Origin: Candidatus Iainarchaeum sp.
GTDB taxonomy: Archaea; Iainarchaeota; Iainarchaeia; Iainarchaeales; UBA10191
NCBI GenBank assembly: GCA_043801115.1
Contig: JAZDMJ010000029.1
Coordinates: forward strand, 1 to 35,388
DNA: 35,388 nucleotides
Direction: 5' to 3'
Positions 1 through 8,532 of the stretch are shown here, in pieces. The notes below the pieces were generated by a model. That model was given only the letters and a program-made list of their open reading frames with translations. It made no database searches and had not been told where the DNA came from. The position numbers and the translations under genes are program-made. How positions within the stretch are numbered: the first letter of the stretch is position 1; every line of letters starts with the position of its first letter.

Positions 1-242
1 AAGGAATCGACATCATGCTCGTAACCGACATGATTCAAAGCGCGTACCAGGACAAATTTGACACCGCACTTCTGGCAAGCGGAGACGCCGACTACGTTCC
101 CGCCGTCCACCTGGTCCAAGAACTCAAAAAAGACGTCGTCAACCTCCACCTGTATGCTGGAAGTTCGGCCGAACTGCGAAACGAGTGCGACTTCCACAAA
201 CTCGTCAAAACCGATGCAAGCGGGAAGGTCTACTTTGTCTAA
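1..242 (+). CDS. NYN/LabA (PIN-like) domain protein, 5'-truncated by window edge
   Basis: Reads GIDIMLVTDM...DTALLASGDADYVPAV...ELRNECDF, matching the NYN motifs KGxD and SGDxD. The frame is open to the window start. Confidence 0.85.
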   Translation, partial: GIDIMLVTDMIQSAYQDKFDTALLASGDADYVPAVHLVQELKKDVVNLHLYAGSSAELRNECDFHKLVKTDASGKVYFV

Positions 243-289
243 CGTGTGCTCAAGATACCTTTAAATAACAGTTTTTTACCAATTCATCA

Positions 290-1183
290 ATGAAATTGGC
301 TCAACTTATTGTGTTGGTTTTTATTTTGCTCGTTTTGAGTTTACCTTTGTTTGGATGTATAAGTTCCAGTTCTGTAAAGGAAGACTCAGAAATTAATTCT
401 CAAACACAAAATTCCCAAACAATCGGAAAAATAGATTTAGAAAAAGCCGCATCTGACTGCAAAAAATGTGACTACACAGGTTCCACATGCACAGCGGAGA
501 ACACCTGCCTCTTTGATAAAATGAATTCAGAATTAGACTGCCAAAAAATTATTAGTTATGTAAAATCTGAAAACGCGTATTATACTACAAATTTTACAAG
601 CGATGATGTTGCAGATTGTTTTAAGTATTGGGCAATTAAAACTCAAAATCTAGAACTATGCAAGAGTTCTGGGGGTCTTCAACCAGATTGCTATTTTGAG
701 CTTGCGAAAACATCAGACAAAATAACATTAGCTATTTGCGACAAAGCGGGGATAGCATACAATGCGTGTTACGCAGGAATTGCAATAAGAGAACAAAATC
801 CTGAAATTTGTACAAAATATGTACCAGAAAACACAAGCAACAGATATTCCATAAGTATTTGTTACTATGACTTAGCAATGAATACTAACAACATCCAAGT
901 TTGTGGAATGGAACAAATCATAACTGTAACACAAGATAAAATGAACATAGAGCAGTGTGCAACACAGATTTTTGACAGAATATGCCCAACAGATTCAAAC
1001 TGCAGCGCCACAAAAACAGATTGCGATTCAATAAAAAGTATTGCAACTAGATTTAATAATGAAATAAGCGCAGACCCTTGTTATAATACAATTGCAATAA
1101 GAGATAAAGACAAAGATGCTTGTAATCAAATAGTCATTCAAAAAACAAAGCAAGAATGCTTAGACATATTAGCTCACTCATAA
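290..1183 (+). CDS. Secreted/lipid-anchored cysteine-repeat surface protein
   Basis: Hydrophobic N-terminus ending LFGC (lipobox-like). Repeated CY-x3-A-x7/8-C units. TTTAAATA box ~30 nt upstream of the ATG. Confidence 0.75.
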   Translation: MKLAQLIVLVFILLVLSLPLFGCISSSSVKEDSEINSQTQNSQTIGKIDLEKAASDCKKCDYTGSTCTAENTCLFDKMNSELDCQKIISYVKSENAYYTTNFTSDDVADCFKYWAIKTQNLELCKSSGGLQPDCYFELAKTSDKITLAICDKAGIAYNACYAGIAIREQNPEICTKYVPENTSNRYSISICYYDLAMNTNNIQVCGMEQIITVTQDKMNIEQCATQIFDRICPTDSNCSATKTDCDSIKSIATRFNNEISADPCYNTIAIRDKDKDACNQIVIQKTKQECLDILAHS

Positions 1184-1395
1184 GGAACTCATTATTTTTG
1201 ATCGACACAGAAACAAAATTTACCATTTTTTCCTTCACATTATTCTGACGTCTTCCTATCCGAAAAGGAACGGATTTCCATATTTGATAAAAGGCGCGGG
1301 AATACCACAAGAATTCATAATAGAGAAGCAATAGACAAAAGCCCATTTTCTTGCTTTCAATTTGCCTTTTTAAACTTCGCTTAAAGAATTTTCAA

Positions 1396-2538
1396 ATGCG
1401 ATTAGGAATAAGAAAGCCCTCAATTAAGGGCAGGATATCTGCGCGCCTTTCGCCAAAGAGGTATATCCGCCATAAACTCGGATTAAAGATGCCACGAGGT
1501 CTTGGCATCATTTCAAACCCCAAAAAAGCAGTTTACAATCGAATATATAACAGAACAACCCTTAGCGTAGACTCTCTTTTAAAAAATCGCAATCAATCAA
1601 AAACTAGTGTTTTCGATAAAGTTGGTTCTAAAATAGAAAATCTAAAAAAAGATTTTCATAATACGAATGAATTGAAAAAAATAAATTCGTTGTTTTTAAC
1701 CATTAAAGAAGTGACAGATTCTTTGGAAAGCGCTTCACCTGAAATCATTGCGAAAAGAGGCATAGCAAAACAAATCTTTAATGATGTAAATAAAGTTGTT
1801 GGCGGAGTTGAATCATCAATCTACAAGTCAACCATTTTAAGTTTTTGTACCACTTTTGAAAGTATACCAAAAATGACTGAAGAGGAGCGGCTGCAAATTC
1901 TACCATTGATTGAAAAGTACAAAAAACTAGTCCAATCTGAAAGCTTTGTTTCAAGAGGAGAATATGACGACTTTTTGAAAGACTTGGAAACCTTTTCAGA
2001 GAAGTACCCAAAATGGTTTTCGAATGGTCAAAGACTAATTGAAGTGCAGCAGAAAATAGAGGCAGGAATAGGTTTGGAGGAAATGGAAAAAGTTTTGGAA
2101 TCGGAAAAGCACAGGATTGAAGATTATTTGAAAAAAGTCAACCAAGAAGATGAGTTCTTAACTGAAACAAATTTTGGAATCTTATCACCGTATGAATTTG
2201 AATAATATATTGCCAATTTGTTTGGATTGATGGGTTATGAGACAAAACTAACTCCAAAAACCAATGATTTTGGAGTAGACGTGTTGGCCATTAAGAAAGA
2301 CGAGCGGATTGCAATCCAAGTCAAAAAATATTCTCAAGGAAACAACGTCGGAAACGATATCGTTCAAAAGCTACTGGGCGCAATGCAACAAAAAAATACA
2401 AAAGCCAACAAAGGAATCATTGTAACAACTTCAGACTTCACAAAATCTGCAAGAATACAAGCAGAAGAAACCCCAATAGAACTTTGGAACGCTGAAACAC
2501 TCAAAACCAACATTAAAAAATACAAATTCAAAACTTGA
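1396..2538 (+). pseudogene. Mrr-family (PD-(D/E)xK) restriction endonuclease with basic N-terminal domain, interrupted by in-frame TAA at 2203-2205
   Basis: ORFs 1351-2205 and 2218-2538 share a frame and read SPYEFE*YIANLFGLMGY...DFGVDV...IQVKKY...GIIVTTSDFT (Mrr_cat motifs). Likely start is ATG 1396, with TTTTAAAC ~25 nt upstream. Confidence 0.8.
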
Positions 2539-2569
2539 CAAAAATCACATTCGCCAGGTCAAAAACCTT

Positions 2570-3475
2570 CTAAATTCTTTCATATATTTGACTCAGTTGT
2601 TGGTATAACGGAGAACTTTCGTCTGCTTTTTCCATTCTTTCAAAAATTCTTTCTTTGATTGGAAACAAATTATACCCACCAATCCCCGCAACAAAAACAG
2701 GGTTTGATGTTTTCAAGTTTTGACAAATACATCTCACGGCGCTTTCTGGGTCTGCATAAACTAAAACTTCACAGGCCAATACTGCATATTTGTCCTTTTC
2801 ACTCATCCACCAGAGGTGACCAATTAGGCTTCGATTGAATATTCCAGCTATAGTGCCTGGTTGTTCCCTTTCTTGGTTCAGTAAGAAAATCAATAATTGG
2901 TGTGATGCATCCCATAAATCGTTATTCGCGAACTTTTGAATTATTTCTTGCAATAGTGAAATTCCTTTTGGATCAAATTCGACTATTTTATTTGACGCTT
3001 TTTTTGTAATCTCGTCAGCGAGTGTTTTTGGAAGACTTGTCTTCCCAGATTCGATTGCGCGCTTTAACTTTTCTAAATCTTTGCAAAATTCTTTTGGTTC
3101 GACTTTGGGCTTGGTTTTGGCTTCATTTTTTTGTTGACTTGGTTGATTGTTGATATTGTAAGTGACATTCATATTTCCTTTTTGCACAACCCCCATAGGA
3201 CTGTATTTTGGATTTATTTGCTTTTGAATTTGCGTTTGTTTCTTATCCTCTGCAAAGCTATCGATCACATTTTCAAAAAGTTGTTTCAACAACGGCCCAA
3301 AAAAATCGGGTTTGATGAAACAGCATACACCAAGAATTCCAAAAACTCCGGCAAAAGTGCCGACAAATATGCCAGACAAATTCAACCCTTGACCAATTGC
3401 AATGTATCCTAAAATTACTAAGGCTACGACACCACCGATTCCTGTCAAATAACTGCCTTTGGTCTGGTCATTCAT
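2570..3475 (-). CDS. Hypothetical membrane protein (two N-terminal TM segments, Q/K/P linker, helical C-terminal domain)
   Basis: 301-aa ORF in AT-rich DNA with two hydrophobic segments at the N-terminus. No family recognised. Confidence 0.65.
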   Translation of the reverse strand: MNDQTKGSYLTGIGGVVALVILGYIAIGQGLNLSGIFVGTFAGVFGILGVCCFIKPDFFGPLLKQLFENVIDSFAEDKKQTQIQKQINPKYSPMGVVQKGNMNVTYNINNQPSQQKNEAKTKPKVEPKEFCKDLEKLKRAIESGKTSLPKTLADEITKKASNKIVEFDPKGISLLQEIIQKFANNDLWDASHQLLIFLLNQEREQPGTIAGIFNRSLIGHLWWMSEKDKYAVLACEVLVYADPESAVRCICQNLKTSNPVFVAGIGGYNLFPIKERIFERMEKADESSPLYQQLSQIYERI

Positions 3476-3595
3476 GCAGAAAACTCCTTATGTATCAAAT
3501 ATAAACGTTTCGAAGGGAGGCAAACCTGCATTTGCAGTTCAAATTTGTCCAAAAGCCAGCACATTTTAACTAATTAAGGCCTGTAGGAAAGACTA

Positions 3596-3649
3596 GCGAT
3601 GACGAGGTTAATCCCTGCCGACGAAAGGATGACGACCAAACCACTCCGA
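3596..3649 (+). ncRNA. Candidate C/D-box-like guide sRNA
   Basis: Intergenic GCGATGA(3596-3602)-N15-CCGA(3618-3621)-N4-AGGATGA(3626-3632)-N13-CCGA(3646-3649), i.e. C, D', C', D box order and spacing. AT-rich TATA-like stretch at 3564-3577. All boxes are non-consensus variants. Confidence 0.35.
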
Positions 3650-3672
3650 GCACTTTAATACTTGGTGAAACC

Positions 3673-4350
3673 ATGCAAAGCGTTCTGAACTTCAAGCCCG
3701 AAGAAAAAAAGAAAGTACTCGAAGCCTTGAAACAGTTCAAGCCCAAAAACGCGGGAAGCGAATTCGAAGCGCACGCCGTCGAAATTGACGGGTGCAGAGT
3801 AACATTCTTCCAAAGCGGAAAACTGCTCATTCAAGGAGCGAACGCGGAGCACGTGAAGGAAAAAATTCTGCAATTGGTGGAAACGGAAGACGAGCTCGTG
3901 CTGGGCATTGACGAAGTCGGACGAGGGGAAAATTTCGGGCCTTTCATTGTAGCCGGAGTGCTCGGATGGACTTCCAAATTGAGAGAATTACGGGATTCGA
4001 AAAAAACGGCCGACATTGAGGGAAAAAAGAAAATCGTGGACGAGAACGCGGTCGGGCAGAGTTTGGTGGTTGTCAGCGCGGGAGAGATTGACGAGCGCAG
4101 GGGAAAGGGGGAAAATTTGAACCAAATCCAAGCCGAGTGCGTGAACCAGATTATCGGATTCTTCCGCAAAAATTTTGCGGAAAAATTCAAAATCATCGTG
4201 GACGGGAGTCCGATTGCGGGAATTTCCGGAGTGGAATTCTTGCCCAAAGGGGACGACTTGGTTCCGCAGTGCGGGGCTGCATCCATTGTAGCGAAGCATG
4301 CGCGGGATAAAAGCGCGGACAGGGAAAAGAGAAAGAGTTGGAAAAACTAG
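3673..4350 (+). CDS. Type 2 ribonuclease H with RNase HIII-like N-terminal TBP-like domain
   Basis: GIDEVGRG..FGP, RDSKK, IVDG and KGD...AASIVAK..RD motifs. N-terminal VTFFQSGKLLIQG resembles the RNase HIII N-terminal domain. Confidence 0.85.
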   Translation: MQSVLNFKPEEKKKVLEALKQFKPKNAGSEFEAHAVEIDGCRVTFFQSGKLLIQGANAEHVKEKILQLVETEDELVLGIDEVGRGENFGPFIVAGVLGWTSKLRELRDSKKTADIEGKKKIVDENAVGQSLVVVSAGEIDERRGKGENLNQIQAECVNQIIGFFRKNFAEKFKIIVDGSPIAGISGVEFLPKGDDLVPQCGAASIVAKHARDKSADREKRKSWKN

Positions 4351-4351
4351 T

Positions 4352-4924
4352 TCATTCGATGAGTTCTTTTTTGAGCAAAATTTTGTTCGTCATTCCGAAA
4401 CTGTGCTTTTCCAGCACGCCCTTGGCTTCGAGTTTTTTGATGGCCCTGTGCGTTTGAACTTTGGACAGTCCGGAGTCTTTGGCAATTTTGGCCTGCGTGG
4501 CTTCGTAATTGTTCCGCTTCAACGCTTGGATGATTTTTTTCTCGTCGGGAAGAAGCAGATTTTCGGCCATTTCTTCGCGCACTTTCTTGATTTCTTTTTC
4601 TCGAATCAACTGCCAGATGGAAAAGCCGGCCAGAATAGCCACGATTCCGCTGATGAGCAGCACGATGGAAATGGGGGAAGAAACTGCATCGAGCGGGTTG
4701 AACGGGCTTTCGCGCGGAGCCCTCAAAAAATTGGCATCGCGAAAGGACGCGTTTGCGTCAAACACCCGGTTGGCGTCGAAAGCGGGGACGACGTCCGCGT
4801 GCCAGACGGCCGAATAGGCTTGGAAAAAGAAGAACAAAATCGCAAAACCGCCGTACAAGAAGCAGACTAGCATCATGAGAGCGTATCGGCGCTTTACTTT
4901 TAAAGCAGTTTCAAGTTGTTTCAT
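4352..4924 (-). CDS. Membrane-anchored winged-helix transcriptional regulator
   Basis: Two TM segments, then LLPDEKKIIQAL...TQAKIAKDSGLSKVQTHRAIKKLEAKGVLEKHSFGMTNKI (wHTH). Divergent from the ABC operon. Confidence 0.85.
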   Translation of the reverse strand: MKQLETALKVKRRYALMMLVCFLYGGFAILFFFFQAYSAVWHADVVPAFDANRVFDANASFRDANFLRAPRESPFNPLDAVSSPISIVLLISGIVAILAGFSIWQLIREKEIKKVREEMAENLLLPDEKKIIQALKRNNYEATQAKIAKDSGLSKVQTHRAIKKLEAKGVLEKHSFGMTNKILLKKELIE

Positions 4925-4994
4925 GTTTCAACCTTTTTCACGTATTGTAACCATTCGTTTCAGGTTGTTACAAACAATCCTATTAGGGGTTGCA
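4908..4994. promoter_or_regulatory. Putative operator array in divergent promoter region
   Basis: GTTTCAAGTTGTTTCA (4908-4923) and GTTTCAGGTTGTTACA (4957-4972) match at 14/16. TTGTAAC(4945-4951)/GTTACAA(4967-4973) form an inverted repeat. Further GTTNCA hexamers at 4925 and 4989. Confidence 0.5.
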
Positions 4995-5008
4995 AAACTA
5001 TTTAAAAC

Positions 5009-5731
5009 ATGCACTCGGTTGAAAAGAGTCTTCCCGTTCTCGAATTGCGGAACGTGCGCAAGAGCTACCAATTGGACTCCGTTCTAGTGGAAGCCGTCAA
5101 AGGCATTAGCTTGGCGATTGGAAAAGGAGAAATGGTGGCAGTGGTGGGCGCTTCGGGTTCGGGAAAATCTACAACGCTGCACTTGATGGGCGCGCTGGAC
5201 GTTCCAACCTCGGGCAACGTGTTGTTGGACGGCGTGGAAATTACTTCGTTGCCCGACAACGAACTGGCCCGCTTGCGCGGCCAAAAAATCGGCTTCGTAT
5301 TCCAGTCCTTCTTTCTCTATCCGACTCTTACGGTTTATGAAAACATCGCCCTGCCTATGCGCATTCACGAATTCGACGAAGGGGAAATCCGGAAAAAGGT
5401 CCAAGAACTGGTTGCATTGGTGGGATTGGAAGACCGCGCTTCGCACTTGCCCGCCCAGCTTTCGGGCGGAGAACGGCAGAGAGTGGCCGTCGCCCGAGCA
5501 TTGTCCACTTCTCCGTCCATGCTGCTCGCGGACGAGCCCACGGGAAATTTGGACTCGAAGACGGGACTGGAAATCATGGAATTGCTGTCGAAGTTGAACC
5601 GCGAAGGCATGACGGTCGTCATCGTCACGCACACGAGCGAGTGGGCCGACTATGCCCCGCGCATTGTCACGCTTCGGGACGGAAAAATTCTGTCCGACGA
5701 AAAAAACAGGAAAAGGAGAAATCGAACATGA
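5009..5731 (+). CDS. ABC transporter ATP-binding protein, LolD/MacB family
   Basis: GASGSGKST, LSGGERQRVAVARAL, LLADEPTGNLD, VTH. Confidence 0.95.
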   Translation: MHSVEKSLPVLELRNVRKSYQLDSVLVEAVKGISLAIGKGEMVAVVGASGSGKSTTLHLMGALDVPTSGNVLLDGVEITSLPDNELARLRGQKIGFVFQSFFLYPTLTVYENIALPMRIHEFDEGEIRKKVQELVALVGLEDRASHLPAQLSGGERQRVAVARALSTSPSMLLADEPTGNLDSKTGLEIMELLSKLNREGMTVVIVTHTSEWADYAPRIVTLRDGKILSDEKNRKRRNRT

Positions 5732-7227
5732 ATGGAAAAACGAAAATTTTTGGAATCGGGCTCGCATTCCTCGCATTCGCGGTTTTGGCGAGCGCCGCTT
5801 CCACTACCTATATTGCCGAGCCGGCCTATTTGATCAACCTCTCTTCGACAACTTTTTTGCCGTCCACGCTCGCCCCCGGCGACGAGGCCAGCCTGGCCGT
5901 TAACGTGCAAAACAAGGCGACCACGATTTCCATCCAGGACTTGAACGCGTCGCTCTTGCTGGGAAACCAGTTTGAAGGAATCGACTTGAACCAGTTCACT
6001 TCGCTCATCCAGTACGGGAGCACGCAAACTTTGGTGTTCAAGTTCCGCGTCAAAGAAGACACGCTTCCAGGATTCTATCCCGCTTCGATTAACTTTTCCT
6101 ACACACGCGACGGAGAGCGCGTTTCCGAGCAGAAATCGGTTTCCATTCCCGTTTCGGGCTCGTCCAAAAAGCTCGACGTCAGCGTTTCTCCCGCCGTCGT
6201 CAACCCGGGCAACCAGACCGAACTCTCGTTTGCCGTGAAAAACCTTACAGGAAGCCCAGTTTCGAATGTTTCCGTTTCCTGGACGGAAGCCAGCAATCTC
6301 GTTCTTCCCGTCGGAACGGACAACGTGCGCTATATTTCATTAATCGAACCGGGCGAAACGGCTTCCGTTTCCTACATTGTCGCCGCCGACCCGAACATTA
6401 CGACGGGATTGTACTTGCTCGACGTCAATGTTTCCTATTCGGGCGCTTCGGGCAGCACATCCCAAAAGTCCAAACTCGGACTCATGGTGGGAGGAGCAAC
6501 CGACTTTGAAGTCAGCGCCGAAACGAGTTCGACGGGAACGCTCTCGCTGAGCATTGCCAACATCGGCTCGAACGACGCTGACGCCGTCGTCGTCAAAATT
6601 CCCTCCCAGGCTTCGGTTTCGGTTTCGGGCAGCAGCACGTACATTTTGGGCGCGCTGAACAAAGGAGACTACACGCTCGCCAGTTTTCAAATCCGAACCA
6701 CAGTTGCTGCGCAAGGCGCCGGCGGAGTTGACCCCCTTTCCTCTGCCGGGCCTTTCCAGCGCACGGGAACAACTGACCGCAACGCGTTCGACCGCAATGC
6801 GTTCGGCGGAACGCAAAAAATTTCCATCGAAATCGACTACACGGACACGACGGGCATCCGCCAGAAAGTAATCAAAAGCGTCGACCTCGTTTCTTCCGCC
6901 GCATCCCTTTCTTCGGCGGCGGCCGCCCGAACGCGCTCGTCCGACTCGCCCTACATTCCCTACGCCCTCGCAATTTTAATCGCGGGAGGATTCGCCGCTT
7001 TTAACTATTGGAAGGCGAAAAAGTCGTGGAAAATTTTTGGAATTTTTGCGGGAATTTCCGTTGTATTGTTTTTGGCCGTCATTTTCCTGCTCTCGTCCAA
7101 TTTATGGGCGAGCATACTCGTGGCCGTTGCTTCCATTCTCGCAATGGCGGGACTGTTTTTTCCCGAAAAACTCCGAATAGTTTGGGAAAAATTGAAAAAG
7201 CTCGTCCAGCGGAAAAAGGGAAAGTGA
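5728..7227 (+). CDS. COG1361-like S-layer/Ig-fold envelope protein with C-terminal TM segments
   Basis: ATG 5728 overlaps the upstream stop (ATGA). Signal peptide, repeated PG..L.V.N beta-sandwich units, and three C-terminal hydrophobic helices. This position between ATPase and permease is typical in archaea. Confidence 0.8.
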   Translation: MNGKTKIFGIGLAFLAFAVLASAASTTYIAEPAYLINLSSTTFLPSTLAPGDEASLAVNVQNKATTISIQDLNASLLLGNQFEGIDLNQFTSLIQYGSTQTLVFKFRVKEDTLPGFYPASINFSYTRDGERVSEQKSVSIPVSGSSKKLDVSVSPAVVNPGNQTELSFAVKNLTGSPVSNVSVSWTEASNLVLPVGTDNVRYISLIEPGETASVSYIVAADPNITTGLYLLDVNVSYSGASGSTSQKSKLGLMVGGATDFEVSAETSSTGTLSLSIANIGSNDADAVVVKIPSQASVSVSGSSTYILGALNKGDYTLASFQIRTTVAAQGAGGVDPLSSAGPFQRTGTTDRNAFDRNAFGGTQKISIEIDYTDTTGIRQKVIKSVDLVSSAASLSSAAAARTRSSDSPYIPYALAILIAGGFAAFNYWKAKKSWKIFGIFAGISVVLFLAVIFLLSSNLWASILVAVASILAMAGLFFPEKLRIVWEKLKKLVQRKKGK

Positions 7228-7233
7228 TTCTCG

Positions 7234-8532
7234 TTGAAGTGGAACGACGCGTTCAAGCTCTCCGTTAACAACATCACCCACCGCCAGTTGCGCGCGTGGC
7301 TCACTTTGCTGGGCATTGTCATCGGAGTCGCAGCCGTCGTTTCCATTATTTCCATCGGAGACGGCGCTTCGGCAAGCCTCGAACAACAGCTTTCGCGCTT
7401 CGGAGCGGACGTTATTACGGTAACGGCGGGCTTTTCGCGCGCGGAAGCTTTCGGCGGGGGCCCTCCTTCGAGCGGGGGAGGATTCGAAGGAGGCTTTGAA
7501 GGAGGCGGAACGACAACAGTTCGCCGGACGACCACTTCGACGGTCACGCCCGAACTCAAAACCCAGGACGTTCAAACCATCAAAGCCAATCCCAATATTA
7601 TCGCCGTCAACCAAATCGTTTCGGGGCGCTCGAAAATAACCTTCATGTCCCAAACCATTACCGCCCAAATCCAGGGCGTCAATCCCCTGACGTGGACGCA
7701 AACCAACAGCATTACGCTTTCTATGGGAAGACTGCTCACGTCGAGCGACTCGACGGCCGTCGTCGTCGGCTACGGCCTGGCCAATACGTCGTTCAAACAA
7801 GTCATCACGCTGGGAAGAACAATCGACATCAACGGAAAAGGATTCACAGTAGTGGGCATTCTCGCGGCCACGACCGGCGGCATGGGAGGCGGGGGAGACA
7901 CGATTGTTTACATGAACTATCCTTCCTCGTATAGCGTCATCGACATGAACAAGAATACGTTTTCTTCCATCCAGGCTAAGGCTTCCAGCACGGACGTGTT
8001 GGACGACACGATTACCGAACTAACGGCTTCATTGCAGGCCGAGCGCAAAGTGACCGCCCGCACGCAGGACTTTTCCATCACGTCGAGCGAATCCATCAAA
8101 GAACAAATCAGCAGCATGACTGACACTCTGACTTTGTTCCTCGGGGCCATTGCCGCCATCTCCCTTTTAGTAGGAGCAATCGGCGTGGCCAACAGCATGT
8201 TCACTTCTGTATTGGAAAAAACGCGCGAAATCGGAATTTTGAAAGCATTGGGCGCAACGAACAACGAAGTCATGCAAGTGTTTTTGTTCGAAAGCGCGCT
8301 GTTCGGGCTCGTGGGGGGAATTTTGGGCGCCATTTTGGGAATGCTCATGGCTTCGCTCATGTCCATGCTCGGACTCAGCCTCGGAATCACGGGAGACGTT
8401 ACCACTCTTGTTACCCCCCAACTGCTCATCCTCGCCGTCCTCCTTTCCACCATCATTGGAGTCATTTCCGGCCTCGCGCCCGCGCGCAACGCGTCCAAGC
8501 TCAACCCCATCGAGGCGCTCCGCCATGAATAG
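7234..8532 (+). CDS. ABC transporter permease, MacB/FtsX family
   Basis: RAWLTLLGIVIGVAAVV; SVLEKTREIGILKALGA; PARNASKLNPIEALRHE. Confidence 0.95.
   Translation: MKWNDAFKLSVNNITHRQLRAWLTLLGIVIGVAAVVSIISIGDGASASLEQQLSRFGADVITVTAGFSRAEAFGGGPPSSGGGFEGGFEGGGTTTVRRTTTSTVTPELKTQDVQTIKANPNIIAVNQIVSGRSKITFMSQTITAQIQGVNPLTWTQTNSITLSMGRLLTSSDSTAVVVGYGLANTSFKQVITLGRTIDINGKGFTVVGILAATTGGMGGGGDTIVYMNYPSSYSVIDMNKNTFSSIQAKASSTDVLDDTITELTASLQAERKVTARTQDFSITSSESIKEQISSMTDTLTLFLGAIAAISLLVGAIGVANSMFTSVLEKTREIGILKALGATNNEVMQVFLFESALFGLVGGILGAILGMLMASLMSMLGLSLGITGDVTTLVTPQLLILAVLLSTIIGVISGLAPARNASKLNPIEALRHE

Noticed and set aside
1134-1346. 70-aa minus-strand ORF in the island intergenic region
   Set aside because: It overlaps the lipoprotein 3' end and has no recognisable motif. 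It cannot be distinguished from a random ORF or remnant.
7453-7510. GGA/GAA-rich short repeats in the permease
   Set aside because: They are explained by a Gly-rich loop (GGGFEGGFEGGG), common in MacB-type permeases.
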